Source: Bacteroidota bacterium (GTDB taxonomy: Bacteria > Bacteroidota > Bacteroidia > Flavobacteriales > Flavobacteriaceae). Taken from it: DNA of 64,000 nt. Numbering within the stretch: the first letter of the stretch is position 1; every line of letters begins with the position of its first letter. The stretch lies in the NCBI GenBank assembly GCA_040387175.1, contig JAZKED010000004.1, forward strand, positions 8,210 to 72,209, given 5' to 3'. Positions 20,911-30,211 of the stretch are shown here, in pieces. A model generated the notes under the pieces. That model did no database searches and was not told the DNA's origin. It was given only the letters and a program-made list of their open reading frames with translations. Made by a program: the position numbers and the translations under genes.

Positions 20911-22119
20911 ATGACAAAAACAAAATACTTTCAATTGATTCTAATTTTAGGTTCATTAACAGCGCTTGGTCCATTTTCAATTGATATGTATTTACCAGGA
21001 TTTTCTGGAATTGCTACAGATTTGAATACAACTGTTGCAAAAGTTTCTATGAGTTTGTCAAGTTATTTTATTGGAATTTCTGCTGGTCAATTACTTTACG
21101 GACCATTATTAGACCGTTTTGGACGCAAAAAACCTTTATTTATTGGAATGCTGGTTTATATTTTAGCTTCATTAGGCTGTATTTATGTTACAAATATTGA
21201 TGGATTTATTTTATTACGTTTTATTCAGGCTATTGGTAGTTGTGCGGCTACGGTGGCTTCTGTAGCGATGGTTCGGGATTTATTTCCTGTAAAAGATATT
21301 CCAAAAGTATTTTCTTTACTGATGCTGGTTGTTGGGCTTTCGCCAATGTTAGCTCCAACTATTGGAGGTTATGTTACCGAATATTTTGGCTGGCATACCG
21401 TATTTTTCATTTTGATGTGTATGGGAATTGTCATTTTGATTGCTGCACAAATTGGATTGCCAAATAGTTATAAACCAGATACTTCAATTTCATTAAAACC
21501 TAAACCTATTATCAAAAACTTTTTAAAAGTACTCGGGGAACCTCAGTTTTATACGTATGCTTTTACTGGTTCCATAGCCTTTTCAGGACTTTTTTCTTAT
21601 GTAGCGGCCTCTCCTATTATTTTTATGGATATTTTTCTGGTTGATGCAAAAACTTATGGATGGATATTTGCTTTCATGTCACTTAGTTTTATTGGTGCCA
21701 GTCAGCTTAATTCGTTGTTATTAAAGCGATTTTCCAGCGAACAAATGATTTATGGTGCTTTAGTTTCTCAATCGCTTATTAGCATAGTTTTTTTAGTACT
21801 TGCTGTAAAAGATCTTTTAGAACTGTATGAAACTATCGGAATGTTATTCCTGTTTTTAGCTTGTTTAGGAATCTCCAACCCAAATACTGCCGGGCTTACC
21901 CTTGCTCCTTTCGCTAAAAATGCCGGAAGTGCTTCGGCATTAATGGGCGCTATTCAGCTTGGTATAGGTGCAATAGCTTCATTTGCGATTGGATTTTTTG
22001 TTCAAAATTCGATAACTCCAATGGTAGCAATTATGACTTGCACTTCAATTATAGCTTTTATTATTTTGAACATTGGTAAAAGGAAAATTAAAAAAAAACA
22101 TTGTAAATTCTCGAGATGA
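20911..22119 (+). CDS. Bcr/CflA family MFS efflux transporter
   Basis: PFSIDMYLP, GPLLDRFGRKK and RDLF motifs; about 12 TM segments. Confidence 0.9.
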   Translation: MTKTKYFQLILILGSLTALGPFSIDMYLPGFSGIATDLNTTVAKVSMSLSSYFIGISAGQLLYGPLLDRFGRKKPLFIGMLVYILASLGCIYVTNIDGFILLRFIQAIGSCAATVASVAMVRDLFPVKDIPKVFSLLMLVVGLSPMLAPTIGGYVTEYFGWHTVFFILMCMGIVILIAAQIGLPNSYKPDTSISLKPKPIIKNFLKVLGEPQFYTYAFTGSIAFSGLFSYVAASPIIFMDIFLVDAKTYGWIFAFMSLSFIGASQLNSLLLKRFSSEQMIYGALVSQSLISIVFLVLAVKDLLELYETIGMLFLFLACLGISNPNTAGLTLAPFAKNAGSASALMGAIQLGIGAIASFAIGFFVQNSITPMVAIMTCTSIIAFIILNIGKRKIKKKHCKFSR

Positions 22120-22192
22120 GAAAATTACAATGTTCATTAAGTAACAAAGTTAAACTATTGTCTATTTTTTAATAATACGTTTTTCAACATTT

Positions 22193-23452
22193 TTATACTC
22201 TTTTATCCGGTCTGATAATCATTCTTAGTGACTGATCTTTTGAAAAATAAGCCACTGTCCAGTTGTAAAAAGTAATTATTCTGTTGCGATAGGTTATCAA
22301 AGAAATAAGGTGAATAAACAACCAGATTATCCATGCAAAAAAGCCTTTGAAGTGCATTTTTGGTTTTGGCAAATCCACAACGGCTTTGTTTTTTCCGATG
22401 ATGGCCATAGAGCCTTTGTCATTGTATTTAAAAGCTTTTAAAGGTTTGTTTTTTAGTATTAGTTTTAAGTTTTCGGCTAAATTCACTCCTTGTTGTATTG
22501 CCACCTGAGCTACTTGTGGATGTCCTTCAGGGAAAGCAGTATCGTTCAATTGTATACAAGTATCTCCGATTGCATAGATGTTATCTGTTCCATTTACTTT
22601 ATTGAAAGCATCAGTAGCCATTCGTTTGCCACGTCCGTAGCTTTCTTCCGGAATTCCTTCAAATGCTTTTGCGGAAACTCCTGCTGCCCAAATTAAGTTT
22701 TTGGTTTGAATGGTTTTTCCGTCGGCGAAGAAAACGGTATCGTCTTTATAATCGACTACACGTGTGTTTAATTTTACAATAACGCCTAATTTGGTCAAAT
22801 CATTATAGGTATCCTGCTGTGATTCCTTGCTCATTGGTGATAATAAGGCATCTCCTCCATCGACCAAATAAATATTGCTTACTGATGTTTCTAATTCAGG
22901 ATATTCCTTGAGCAGAATGTTTTTTCGCATTTCGGCAAACATTCCGGAAACCTCCACTCCTGTTGGTCCACCTCCGGCTACTACAATGGTTAAGAGTGTT
23001 CTTCTTTTACGAATGTCTTTAGTAATAGATGCTTTTTCGAGATTTTTCAATAAGGTATTGCGCATTTCAATGGCATCATTGAGCGTTTTCATTGGAATGG
23101 CATTTTTCTTTACATTTTCCATCCCGAAATAACTCGTTTCGGCTCCTGTGGCAAATACCAGATGGTCGTAATGCAATTCGCCATTATTAAGGATAATTTT
23201 ATTTTCGGCTGGAATAACTTTTTCTAATTCCCCCAAACGAAACTGAAGGTTCTTTTTACCGGCAAAAAACTTACGGTAAGGGTAACTTATACTTGATGGT
23301 TCTAAAAAGGCAGTGGCGACCTGATAAATGAGTGGCGGAAAGAAATTGTAATTGTTTTTGTCGACAAGTGTTACCTGAATATCTTTATGATTGGCTAGTT
23401 CTTTGGCTAAATTGATTCCGGCAAAACCACCTCCTATTATTACTATTTGCAT
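22193..23452 (-). CDS. ndh: Type II NADH:quinone oxidoreductase family flavoprotein
   Basis: GGGFAG, FPPLIYQVAT, GGGPTGVEVSG and AQVAIQQG motifs. Confidence 0.85.
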   Translation of the reverse strand: MQIVIIGGGFAGINLAKELANHKDIQVTLVDKNNYNFFPPLIYQVATAFLEPSSISYPYRKFFAGKKNLQFRLGELEKVIPAENKIILNNGELHYDHLVFATGAETSYFGMENVKKNAIPMKTLNDAIEMRNTLLKNLEKASITKDIRKRRTLLTIVVAGGGPTGVEVSGMFAEMRKNILLKEYPELETSVSNIYLVDGGDALLSPMSKESQQDTYNDLTKLGVIVKLNTRVVDYKDDTVFFADGKTIQTKNLIWAAGVSAKAFEGIPEESYGRGKRMATDAFNKVNGTDNIYAIGDTCIQLNDTAFPEGHPQVAQVAIQQGVNLAENLKLILKNKPLKAFKYNDKGSMAIIGKNKAVVDLPKPKMHFKGFFAWIIWLFIHLISLITYRNRIITFYNWTVAYFSKDQSLRMIIRPDKRV

Positions 23453-23530
23453 ATCGAGATTTTTATGAAAGATTATTAAAATTCTATTCCATAAAAGTAC
23501 AATATTAATTTAGGAGCATAAAGTAAAAGT

Positions 23531-24868
23531 TTATTCCTTTTTGAATTTTTTAACAGGTTTTTCGGCAATCTCAGATTTGTTCTGTAACAAATGACTGGCC
23601 AACAATTTTTCGATTAATTCATCTTTGGTCAGATGATGAAAAATAGTTTTAATTTTTGTTTTTAATTCGGCATCTACTTCGTGATTGGGTTTGGTTTTGA
23701 AGATTTGCTTTGCCCACAAAAGGGTGTTATTTTCTTCAATACTGGCTGTAGATGGTTTTTTGTACTTAGAGAATTGAATTCCTAATTCCTTTTCGAAATC
23801 AGCAATTTCAGTAACTTCTTCTTGTTGCAATACAGTTAATGAAAGTCCCTTTGCTCCTGCTCTGGCGGTTCTTCCACTACGGTGAACATAGACTTCGTAA
23901 ACGTCTGGCAAATGATAATTGACTACATAAGAGATTTCCTTGACGTCAATTCCTCTCGCTGCCAAATCGGTTGCCACCAAAATATTGATATGTCCTTCAC
24001 GGAATTGCTCCATGATTCGGTCACGGATTCCTTGTGATAAACTACCGTGTAAAGCTCCGGAAGAAAATCTGTTGATCGCTAGATTTTTGGCTAGTTTATT
24101 AACCGCAGCTTTGGTTTTACAAAAGATAATACCGCGTTCTCCATCCTTTGAAGTTAAAAAATGCATCAAAACATCCAGTTTTTCAATTGGATCAACTACA
24201 ATATATTGATGATCAATTCCCTGATTTCCTACCGTTTCCATATTAGCACTAATCTGAACTACATTTTTGTTCAAATAGTTTTGAATCAGTTGCTTTATCG
24301 TTCCGGGCATGGTTGCCGAGAAAAGAAATGTTCTATGATTTTTAGGTAATTCAGCGATGATTTCGTCTAAACCTTCTTTTAGGATAGTAACCATTTCGTC
24401 AGCTTCATCGAGAACAAGGAATTTAGTTTCTTTTAAACTGATGGCTTTACGCTGAATCAAATCAATCAATCTTCCCGGTGTTGCTACAACAATATGTGTT
24501 GTCGAAGTCAGTCGTTCGATTTGTGGTTTTATTGGAATTCCACCGCAGGTTTCTGCAATAGAAATTTCTGGATTGTATTTGGTGAACGATTCTAAATTAC
24601 TAAAAATCTGATGCCCTAATTCTCTTGTTGGAGCCAGAATAACAGCCTGAATAGTAGTTGTTTTAGTATCGATTAATTGAAGCAGTGGTAAACCAAAAGC
24701 TGCAGTCTTTCCTGTTCCTGTTTTAGCCAATCCAACCAGGTCGGTTTGGGTTGATAAAAGTAACGGAATGGTCTTTTGCTGAATTTCTGTTGGTACAGCA
24801 ATTTTTAAATCATAAAGTGCTTTTATAATGGATTCCTGGATTCCTAAATCAGAGAATTGTTTTGACAT
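23531..24868 (-). CDS. DEAD-box RNA helicase
   Basis: Q motif PTEIQ, AKTGTGKT, LDEAD, FSAT, ARGID and YVHRSGRTARAG. Confidence 0.95.
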   Translation of the reverse strand: MSKQFSDLGIQESIIKALYDLKIAVPTEIQQKTIPLLLSTQTDLVGLAKTGTGKTAAFGLPLLQLIDTKTTTIQAVILAPTRELGHQIFSNLESFTKYNPEISIAETCGGIPIKPQIERLTSTTHIVVATPGRLIDLIQRKAISLKETKFLVLDEADEMVTILKEGLDEIIAELPKNHRTFLFSATMPGTIKQLIQNYLNKNVVQISANMETVGNQGIDHQYIVVDPIEKLDVLMHFLTSKDGERGIIFCKTKAAVNKLAKNLAINRFSSGALHGSLSQGIRDRIMEQFREGHINILVATDLAARGIDVKEISYVVNYHLPDVYEVYVHRSGRTARAGAKGLSLTVLQQEEVTEIADFEKELGIQFSKYKKPSTASIEENNTLLWAKQIFKTKPNHEVDAELKTKIKTIFHHLTKDELIEKLLASHLLQNKSEIAEKPVKKFKKE

Positions 24869-24914
24869 TTTTAAGATTTAATTATTTATAAAATTGTTGT
24901 TTTGAAAATGAAAT

Positions 24915-24995
24915 TCCTAGCCCCGATGGAAGGGAAAATCCTTTTCTTTTTTTCTTTAAAAAAGAAAAGATTGGAATGATAGCGGGATTAGCTCT
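24915..24995. repeat. Structured intergenic element (nested inverted repeats), probably a dispersed REP-like repeat
   Basis: Outer CCCG...CGGG and inner AATCCTTTTCTTTTTT / AAAAAAGAAAAGATT pairing; the flanks are GC-richer than the surrounding intergenic DNA. Confidence 0.5.
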
Positions 24996-25001
24996 TGAAA
25001 A

Positions 25002-26540
25002 TTAATCTGCTTCGTTCATTATTTTTTCACGATACTTCTTCCCTATTAACAAAAGTAATTTCTGTTTGTAGTCGTCCACAAGCCACTCGCGGTAGTTTTT
25101 ACTGCATTGGCTCAGGCATTTGGCGTATCGTTTCAATCGGCATTCGATATCCGCGTCTAATTCCTTGAATAATTCTTTGGCATCACGTAATTCTTCGGTA
25201 TTATCAACACACATTGCGGCGTGTTGTTCCAATGATTTATCCAAAACTACTTTCGAACGTAAATTTTGTTTGATAATCAGTTTGTGTTCTTCATCAACAT
25301 CAAAAGTTACGACTTCGGTTTTGGCGAATTTAGCGCGTAATTCTGGCGGCATGGTGTATTTGAAATACAATTCGATTTCAGTATCGTCACGCAGGTTTTC
25401 TAAATAGAATTCTGGCGATTTGAAGATGTGCTGCCAATTTACAGGCTCATTCCACAATCCGAAACGAGCCGCGTTGTTTCCTAAATCGATTACTGTAAAA
25501 TCATCTTTTCCGGGTAATTTTCGGGAACCACGACCAATCATCTGAAAATATAAAGTCAATGATTTTGTAGCTCTGTTCAATATAATAGTTTCTACTGTTG
25601 GTTCGTCAAAACCTGTAGTCAGGATTCCAACAGAAGTCAAAATTGCATCCGGAGTATGCTTGAACCAATGCAAAATCTCTTTACGTTCTTCGTTGCTGCT
25701 GGTGTTATCCAAATGACGGATTCCGTAGCCTGCTTCTCTAAAAGTTTCATAAACGTATAAAGAAGTATTGATTCCGTTATTGAAAATCAGGGTTTTTTTG
25801 CCTAATGATTTTTCTGTGTAAGCATGCAATAATTTTTCCTGCATCACCAAATTGGTGTACAAATCATCAGATGATTTTACGGTATAATCTCCGTTGATTC
25901 CGACTTTTAAAGAAGTCAGACCCACATCATAACTATACGTAATTGCTTTTGCCAAAAATCCTTTATCTATCAAAGAACCAATAGTGTCTCCTACTATTAA
26001 TTCGTTGTAACTTTCGTGCATTGGCAACTTGATATTCGAACTCAAAGGTGTTGCTGTAACCCCAAGAATGAAGGCATTTTTGAAAGAACTCAATAATTTT
26101 CTAAATGAGTTGTAATGTGCCTCATCGATAATTACCAAACCAATGTTGTCAAGATGTAATTTCTCGTCATTGATACGGTTTTTCAGTGTTTCAACCATCG
26201 CCACAAAACAAGAATAATCGTTTTGATCGGGCAATTCTTTTACTTTACTGTTGATGATTTTATTTTTCACATCAAAACCTTTCAGCATTTTTGAAGTCTG
26301 CTTACAAAGCTCAATTCTGTGCGTCAAAACCACAACTTTCTTATCGTGTTTGGACAAATAGCGTCTTACAATTTCTGAGAAGACTACCGTTTTTCCTCCA
26401 CCAGTTGGCAGCTGGTATAGCAAGTGATAGTTGTTTGAAGCATTGTCTATACGCTCAAAAATATTTTCTATATCTCCTTTCTGATAGGAATACAGCTCTT
26501 TTCTCTCTTCTAATTCTGTTTCTACGGTGTTTTGAGACAT
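25002..26540 (-). CDS. SF2 DEAH helicase (RadD/IRC3-like, no obvious Zn finger)
   Basis: PTGGGKT, IIDEAH, TATP, LTTGFD and QMIGRGSR motifs. Confidence 0.88.
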   Translation of the reverse strand: MSQNTVETELEERKELYSYQKGDIENIFERIDNASNNYHLLYQLPTGGGKTVVFSEIVRRYLSKHDKKVVVLTHRIELCKQTSKMLKGFDVKNKIINSKVKELPDQNDYSCFVAMVETLKNRINDEKLHLDNIGLVIIDEAHYNSFRKLLSSFKNAFILGVTATPLSSNIKLPMHESYNELIVGDTIGSLIDKGFLAKAITYSYDVGLTSLKVGINGDYTVKSSDDLYTNLVMQEKLLHAYTEKSLGKKTLIFNNGINTSLYVYETFREAGYGIRHLDNTSSNEERKEILHWFKHTPDAILTSVGILTTGFDEPTVETIILNRATKSLTLYFQMIGRGSRKLPGKDDFTVIDLGNNAARFGLWNEPVNWQHIFKSPEFYLENLRDDTEIELYFKYTMPPELRAKFAKTEVVTFDVDEEHKLIIKQNLRSKVVLDKSLEQHAAMCVDNTEELRDAKELFKELDADIECRLKRYAKCLSQCSKNYREWLVDDYKQKLLLLIGKKYREKIMNEAD

Positions 26541-26560
26541 TCTAATTTATTGGATTTTTG

Positions 26561-26568
26561 CAAAAATA
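26561..26568 (-). promoter_or_regulatory. -7 element for the DEAH helicase gene
   Basis: CAAAAATA on + reads TATTTTTG on -. Confidence 0.55.
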
Positions 26569-26650
26569 CACCTAAAAAAGAGTTATTCCACCAAATTATA
26601 TCAGAAATTAAATAGTAAGGATTAAATAAAATAGATTATGAGAGTGAGAT

Positions 26651-27178
26651 TTAGTATTCAAATCGCTCAATAATTGCGTTGAATTCTTCCTTATTGAACC
26701 ATTTTTGTCTTCTGGCTTCATCACTTATAGCAATGATTCTGGATTTGAATTCTTCCGATATTCCATTGGCAATCATAAATTTAATGGCTTGTTCAAAAGA
26801 AGTGAGCATGCTTTTAAAAAATGCTTCCTGATACACGTGACGTTCTCCGGAGAAGGTTTGGGCAATTTCGATGGAATAGAGCATCACATCGCTAATTACA
26901 AACGGATCTACGCCTAAAAGTATAAAATGCTTGATGTATTTTTGAGCAACAGAGCGTCGCATCTTAGGTCGACGTGGTTTTCCTGAAGTTTTTTGAGGAT
27001 AATATTCGTTCGAAATTTTGATTTTGCTTTCCTTTAGCAACGTGTCTTCTTTTGGATTAAAAACAAAATTATAATAGGTTTTGACCGCAGGAAATTTTTC
27101 ATACAACTCCAGAATTTGCTCTTCGAGTTGTTGTTTGTTGAGTTCGGTTAGGTATTTTTTTAAATCGCGTTTGCTCAT
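26651..27178 (-). CDS. Conserved hypothetical protein (DUF6155-like)
   Basis: MSKRDLKKYL...LYEKFPAVKTYY N-terminus recognised from memory; helical. Confidence 0.7.
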   Translation of the reverse strand: MSKRDLKKYLTELNKQQLEEQILELYEKFPAVKTYYNFVFNPKEDTLLKESKIKISNEYYPQKTSGKPRRPKMRRSVAQKYIKHFILLGVDPFVISDVMLYSIEIAQTFSGERHVYQEAFFKSMLTSFEQAIKFMIANGISEEFKSRIIAISDEARRQKWFNKEEFNAIIERFEY

Positions 27179-27196
27179 TATAAAAGTTTATGAATA

Positions 27197-27204
27197 CAAA
27201 TGTA
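27197..27204 (-). promoter_or_regulatory. -7 element for the 26651-27178 gene
   Basis: CAAATGTA on + reads TACATTTG on -. Confidence 0.55.
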
Positions 27205-27286
27205 AATTAGTTTAGGAATGAATACTTTAAAAATCAATGTTAATCCTTAGTTTTGTATTTATAATTAACAAACAACTCTCTTCTTA

Positions 27287-27580
27287 ATGGTCAAAATTTT
27301 TAAAATTACCGCAATTCTTGAAGGAATTTCATATTTGGTTTTATTCGCCAATATGCTTTTGGTTAAACCCAACAATCTTCCTCTTTATAAATCTTTATTG
27401 TATCCAATAGGAATGACTCACGGAGTTTTATTTATTGGTTATGTTGTATTGGCACTTTTAATTACTAAATCCCAAAAATGGAGTTTTGGAACGCTTTCAA
27501 TTGTACTGATTGCTTCCCTCCTGCCTTTTGCAACATTTTATGTGGAAAAGAAATATGTACAGATTCCAGTAAACAAATAG
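27287..27580 (+). CDS. DUF3817 small membrane protein
   Basis: AILEGISYLVL, HGVLFIGY and ASLLPFATF motifs; three TM segments. Confidence 0.85.
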   Translation: MVKIFKITAILEGISYLVLFANMLLVKPNNLPLYKSLLYPIGMTHGVLFIGYVVLALLITKSQKWSFGTLSIVLIASLLPFATFYVEKKYVQIPVNK

Positions 27581-27630
27581 TATAATTAACCGCAAATTTG
27601 GAAATTATATTTTTGAATTTGCGGTTATTA

Positions 27631-28020
27631 TTATTCCTGTAGACGGTCTTTTATAAATTCAATTTCAGTTTTTCCGTGGGCTTTAGGTTTTCCATCGGAT
27701 CCTAAATTTACCATTATTGTTTCGTCGATTGTAATAATGGTTTCGCGGGTCATCATATTTCGGGCTTCACATTTTAGTGTAAGCGATGTATGTCCAAACT
27801 TCACCACATCAATTCCAATTTCGATAATATCACCTTGTCGGGCTGAACTTCTAAAATTGATTTCCGACATGTGTTTGGTAACAACTCTTGCGTTTTCCAA
27901 CTGAATAATGGTGTATAAAGCTAACTCTTCGTCTAACCAAGCCAATAGTTTTCCGCCGAATAAAGTTCCATTAGGATTTAAGTCTTCTGGTTTTACCCAT
28001 TTTCTAGTGTGAAATCTCAT
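27631..28020 (-). CDS. Acyl-CoA thioesterase (hotdog fold)
   Basis: PEDLNPNGTLFGGKLLAWLDE motif. Confidence 0.9.
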   Translation of the reverse strand: MRFHTRKWVKPEDLNPNGTLFGGKLLAWLDEELALYTIIQLENARVVTKHMSEINFRSSARQGDIIEIGIDVVKFGHTSLTLKCEARNMMTRETIITIDETIMVNLGSDGKPKAHGKTEIEFIKDRLQE

Positions 28021-28041
28021 AACTTTGTTAATTTCTATTTA

Positions 28042-28049
28042 CAAAAATA
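28042..28049 (-). promoter_or_regulatory. -7 element for the thioesterase gene
   Basis: CAAAAATA on + reads TATTTTTG on -. Confidence 0.55.
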
Positions 28050-28091
28050 GCCTTTCCTATCTCAAATTTTCTTAAATTTAAAAGAAAAATT

Positions 28092-28487
28092 ATGGACCAG
28101 AGAGATGCATTTTTAAAAGAGTTTAGAGGCGAAACTATTGGCACTGTAACCCCACAATCTTCTTCAGACGAAATATTTCAAAATGAAGTCTTACGCCCTA
28201 TTTTGAAACTACAGAATGATTTATTCATTGCTTCTTTCATAAATCATTTAGGCAAAAACCGAATTGATTTCTCTGCTTTTTCGGTTGAAAAGAAATTAGC
28301 AACAATAGAAAATTCAATTCAAAAAGACATCAAATTCCGAAATGCTTTGAAAGGAATGATAATTGCGCTTTTTACCGTAGATGAGTATACTTTTTACATC
28401 AAAAATTCTTCGGATCTCAACAAAAGAATGATGGGAATGCTGATAGAAAGACTGAAAGAACAGGTTCAGTTGTTTGAATTGGTATAA
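28092..28487 (+). CDS. Conserved hypothetical helical protein
   Basis: 131-aa ORF (EIFQNEVLRPILKLQNDL); no function supportable from the sequence. Confidence 0.7.
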   Translation: MDQRDAFLKEFRGETIGTVTPQSSSDEIFQNEVLRPILKLQNDLFIASFINHLGKNRIDFSAFSVEKKLATIENSIQKDIKFRNALKGMIIALFTVDEYTFYIKNSSDLNKRMMGMLIERLKEQVQLFELV

Positions 28488-28506
28488 TTTTATTCTTAAA
28501 AAAATA

Positions 28507-28536
28507 GACCTGACAGGTTTCAAAACCTGTCAGGTC
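28507..28536. repeat. REP-like palindrome, copy 1 (between convergent genes)
   Basis: GACCTGACAGGTTT-CA-AAACCTGTCAGGTC perfect inverted repeat; same core as 33157-33189. Confidence 0.8.
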
Positions 28537-28546
28537 ATATAATATT

Positions 28547-30199
28547 CTATTTTACCTTCAACACATTCACATAAAAATCCTTGTCTACTTCCAGTTTCAA
28601 ATTTTTAGCAGTTTGTGGCAAATTTGTCCATTCTGACTGAGGTTTCAGCCATTGTACTTTTCCATGCAAAGTTACTTTTACTGGGATATTAAAACCTGAA
28701 ACGCAATTTGTCCAGCGATACGATAACACATTATTTATGAATTTATATTCTAAAGTTGGAATTCTGACATCTCTCAAATATTGATCAAAAAATGGTTTCA
28801 AATCCAATCCAACTGATTTACTCAAATAATCTTCAATTTGTTTAGTGGTAACGGTTTGATGGTAAAAAGTACTATTTAATCCTCTTAAAATACTTCTCCA
28901 TTTTTCATCGTCATTCACAATTTGGCGTAAGGTGTGTAACATATTCGCACCCTTATCATACATGTCACCAGAACCTTCATTGTTTACATCGTATTTGCCA
29001 ATAATAGGTTTTGCATTTTCAATCTGATCTCGCAACCCTCTTATATATTCAGCACCTGCTGGTTTTCCGTTATAAAATTCAACAAACAATCCTTCTGAAT
29101 ATGTGGTAAAGCTTTCATGGATCCACATATCGGCGATGTCTTTGTAGGTAATATTATTGGCAAACCATTCGTGACCCGATTCGTGAACAATGATATAATC
29201 GAATTTCATTCCCCAGCCTGAACCACTTCTATCGCTTCCTAAATAACCATTTTGATAACCATTACCATACGTAATACAACTTTGATGCTCCATTCCTAAA
29301 TATGGTGCTTCTACGAGTTTGTAACTGTCTCCATAAAAAGGATAAGGTCCAAACCAATGTTCGAATGCTTTTAGCATTTTTGGAACTTCTTTGAAATGTG
29401 TTTTGGCTTTCTCTAAATTGTCTTTCAAAACATAATATTCGCAATCCAAATCACCTTTTTCTCCTTTATAAACTTCCGAAAAAGTGACATAATCCCCAAT
29501 GTTTATATTTACACCATAATTATTGATTGGGTTCGAAACATACCAGGAAAAGGTTCTTGTTCCGTCTTTCAAATCGGTTACACCCTGCAAACGACCATTG
29601 GAAACATCCATCAGGTTTTTAGGAACATTCACGCTAATAAGCATATCGTCTACTTCGTCATACATATGATCTTTGTTTGGCCACCACACACTGGCTCCTA
29701 ATCCCTGGCAAGTTGAAGCTATGAAAGGTTTGCCATTTTTGTCTTTAGTCCAGGTAATTCCGCCATCCCAAGGCGGACGAACAGCAACTTTAGGCTTTCC
29801 TCCATAAAACACCACAACTTCTTTTATCGCTCCTTCATTGTGTACTTCTTCCAATTGAATGTAAAAAGCATTCCCATCTCTTTGATATTTTAACTCCTTG
29901 CCATCCTGAGTGACTTTAGAAATTTCCATAGGTTTTTGCAGGTCAATTTGCATTTTATTATACGATTTCAAAACCTGATAACGAATCGTATTCGAACCCG
30001 AAATCGTACTATCGGCAGGATTTACCTTAATATTGAGATGATAATATTTAACATCCCACCAAGCTCTTTCAGTAGTTATGCTTCCTCGAATAGTATCTTG
30101 TCGGGTAAATTTTTCTTCCTTATCTCCAAGAAGTCCTTGTGCATTGGTATTGTTGAAAATCAGTAAGGAGAAACAAATAAGGGATAAATATTTTTTCAT
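28547..30199 (-). CDS. M1 family zinc aminopeptidase, secreted
   Basis: Signal peptide, GMEH, HESGHEW (HEXXH), WIHESFTTY and YDKGA. Confidence 0.92.
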   Translation of the reverse strand: MKKYLSLICFSLLIFNNTNAQGLLGDKEEKFTRQDTIRGSITTERAWWDVKYYHLNIKVNPADSTISGSNTIRYQVLKSYNKMQIDLQKPMEISKVTQDGKELKYQRDGNAFYIQLEEVHNEGAIKEVVVFYGGKPKVAVRPPWDGGITWTKDKNGKPFIASTCQGLGASVWWPNKDHMYDEVDDMLISVNVPKNLMDVSNGRLQGVTDLKDGTRTFSWYVSNPINNYGVNINIGDYVTFSEVYKGEKGDLDCEYYVLKDNLEKAKTHFKEVPKMLKAFEHWFGPYPFYGDSYKLVEAPYLGMEHQSCITYGNGYQNGYLGSDRSGSGWGMKFDYIIVHESGHEWFANNITYKDIADMWIHESFTTYSEGLFVEFYNGKPAGAEYIRGLRDQIENAKPIIGKYDVNNEGSGDMYDKGANMLHTLRQIVNDDEKWRSILRGLNSTFYHQTVTTKQIEDYLSKSVGLDLKPFFDQYLRDVRIPTLEYKFINNVLSYRWTNCVSGFNIPVKVTLHGKVQWLKPQSEWTNLPQTAKNLKLEVDKDFYVNVLKVK

Positions 30200-30211
30200 A
30201 GAAAGAATGTT

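Noticed and set aside
22089-22098. A-rich run near the end of the MFS gene, and similar runs in the kinase (about 61044-61052)
   Set aside because: Reading frames are intact and A/T runs are frequent at this base composition; no evidence of phase variation.
25002-27178. DEAH helicase plus DUF6155-like gene as a restriction or defence module
   Set aside because: No methyltransferase, nuclease domain or island signature; each gene has its own housekeeping-type -7 box.
28092-28487. Possible glyoxalase label for this family
   Set aside because: The sequence looks helical with no VOC beta-alpha-beta pattern; I cannot support that function.
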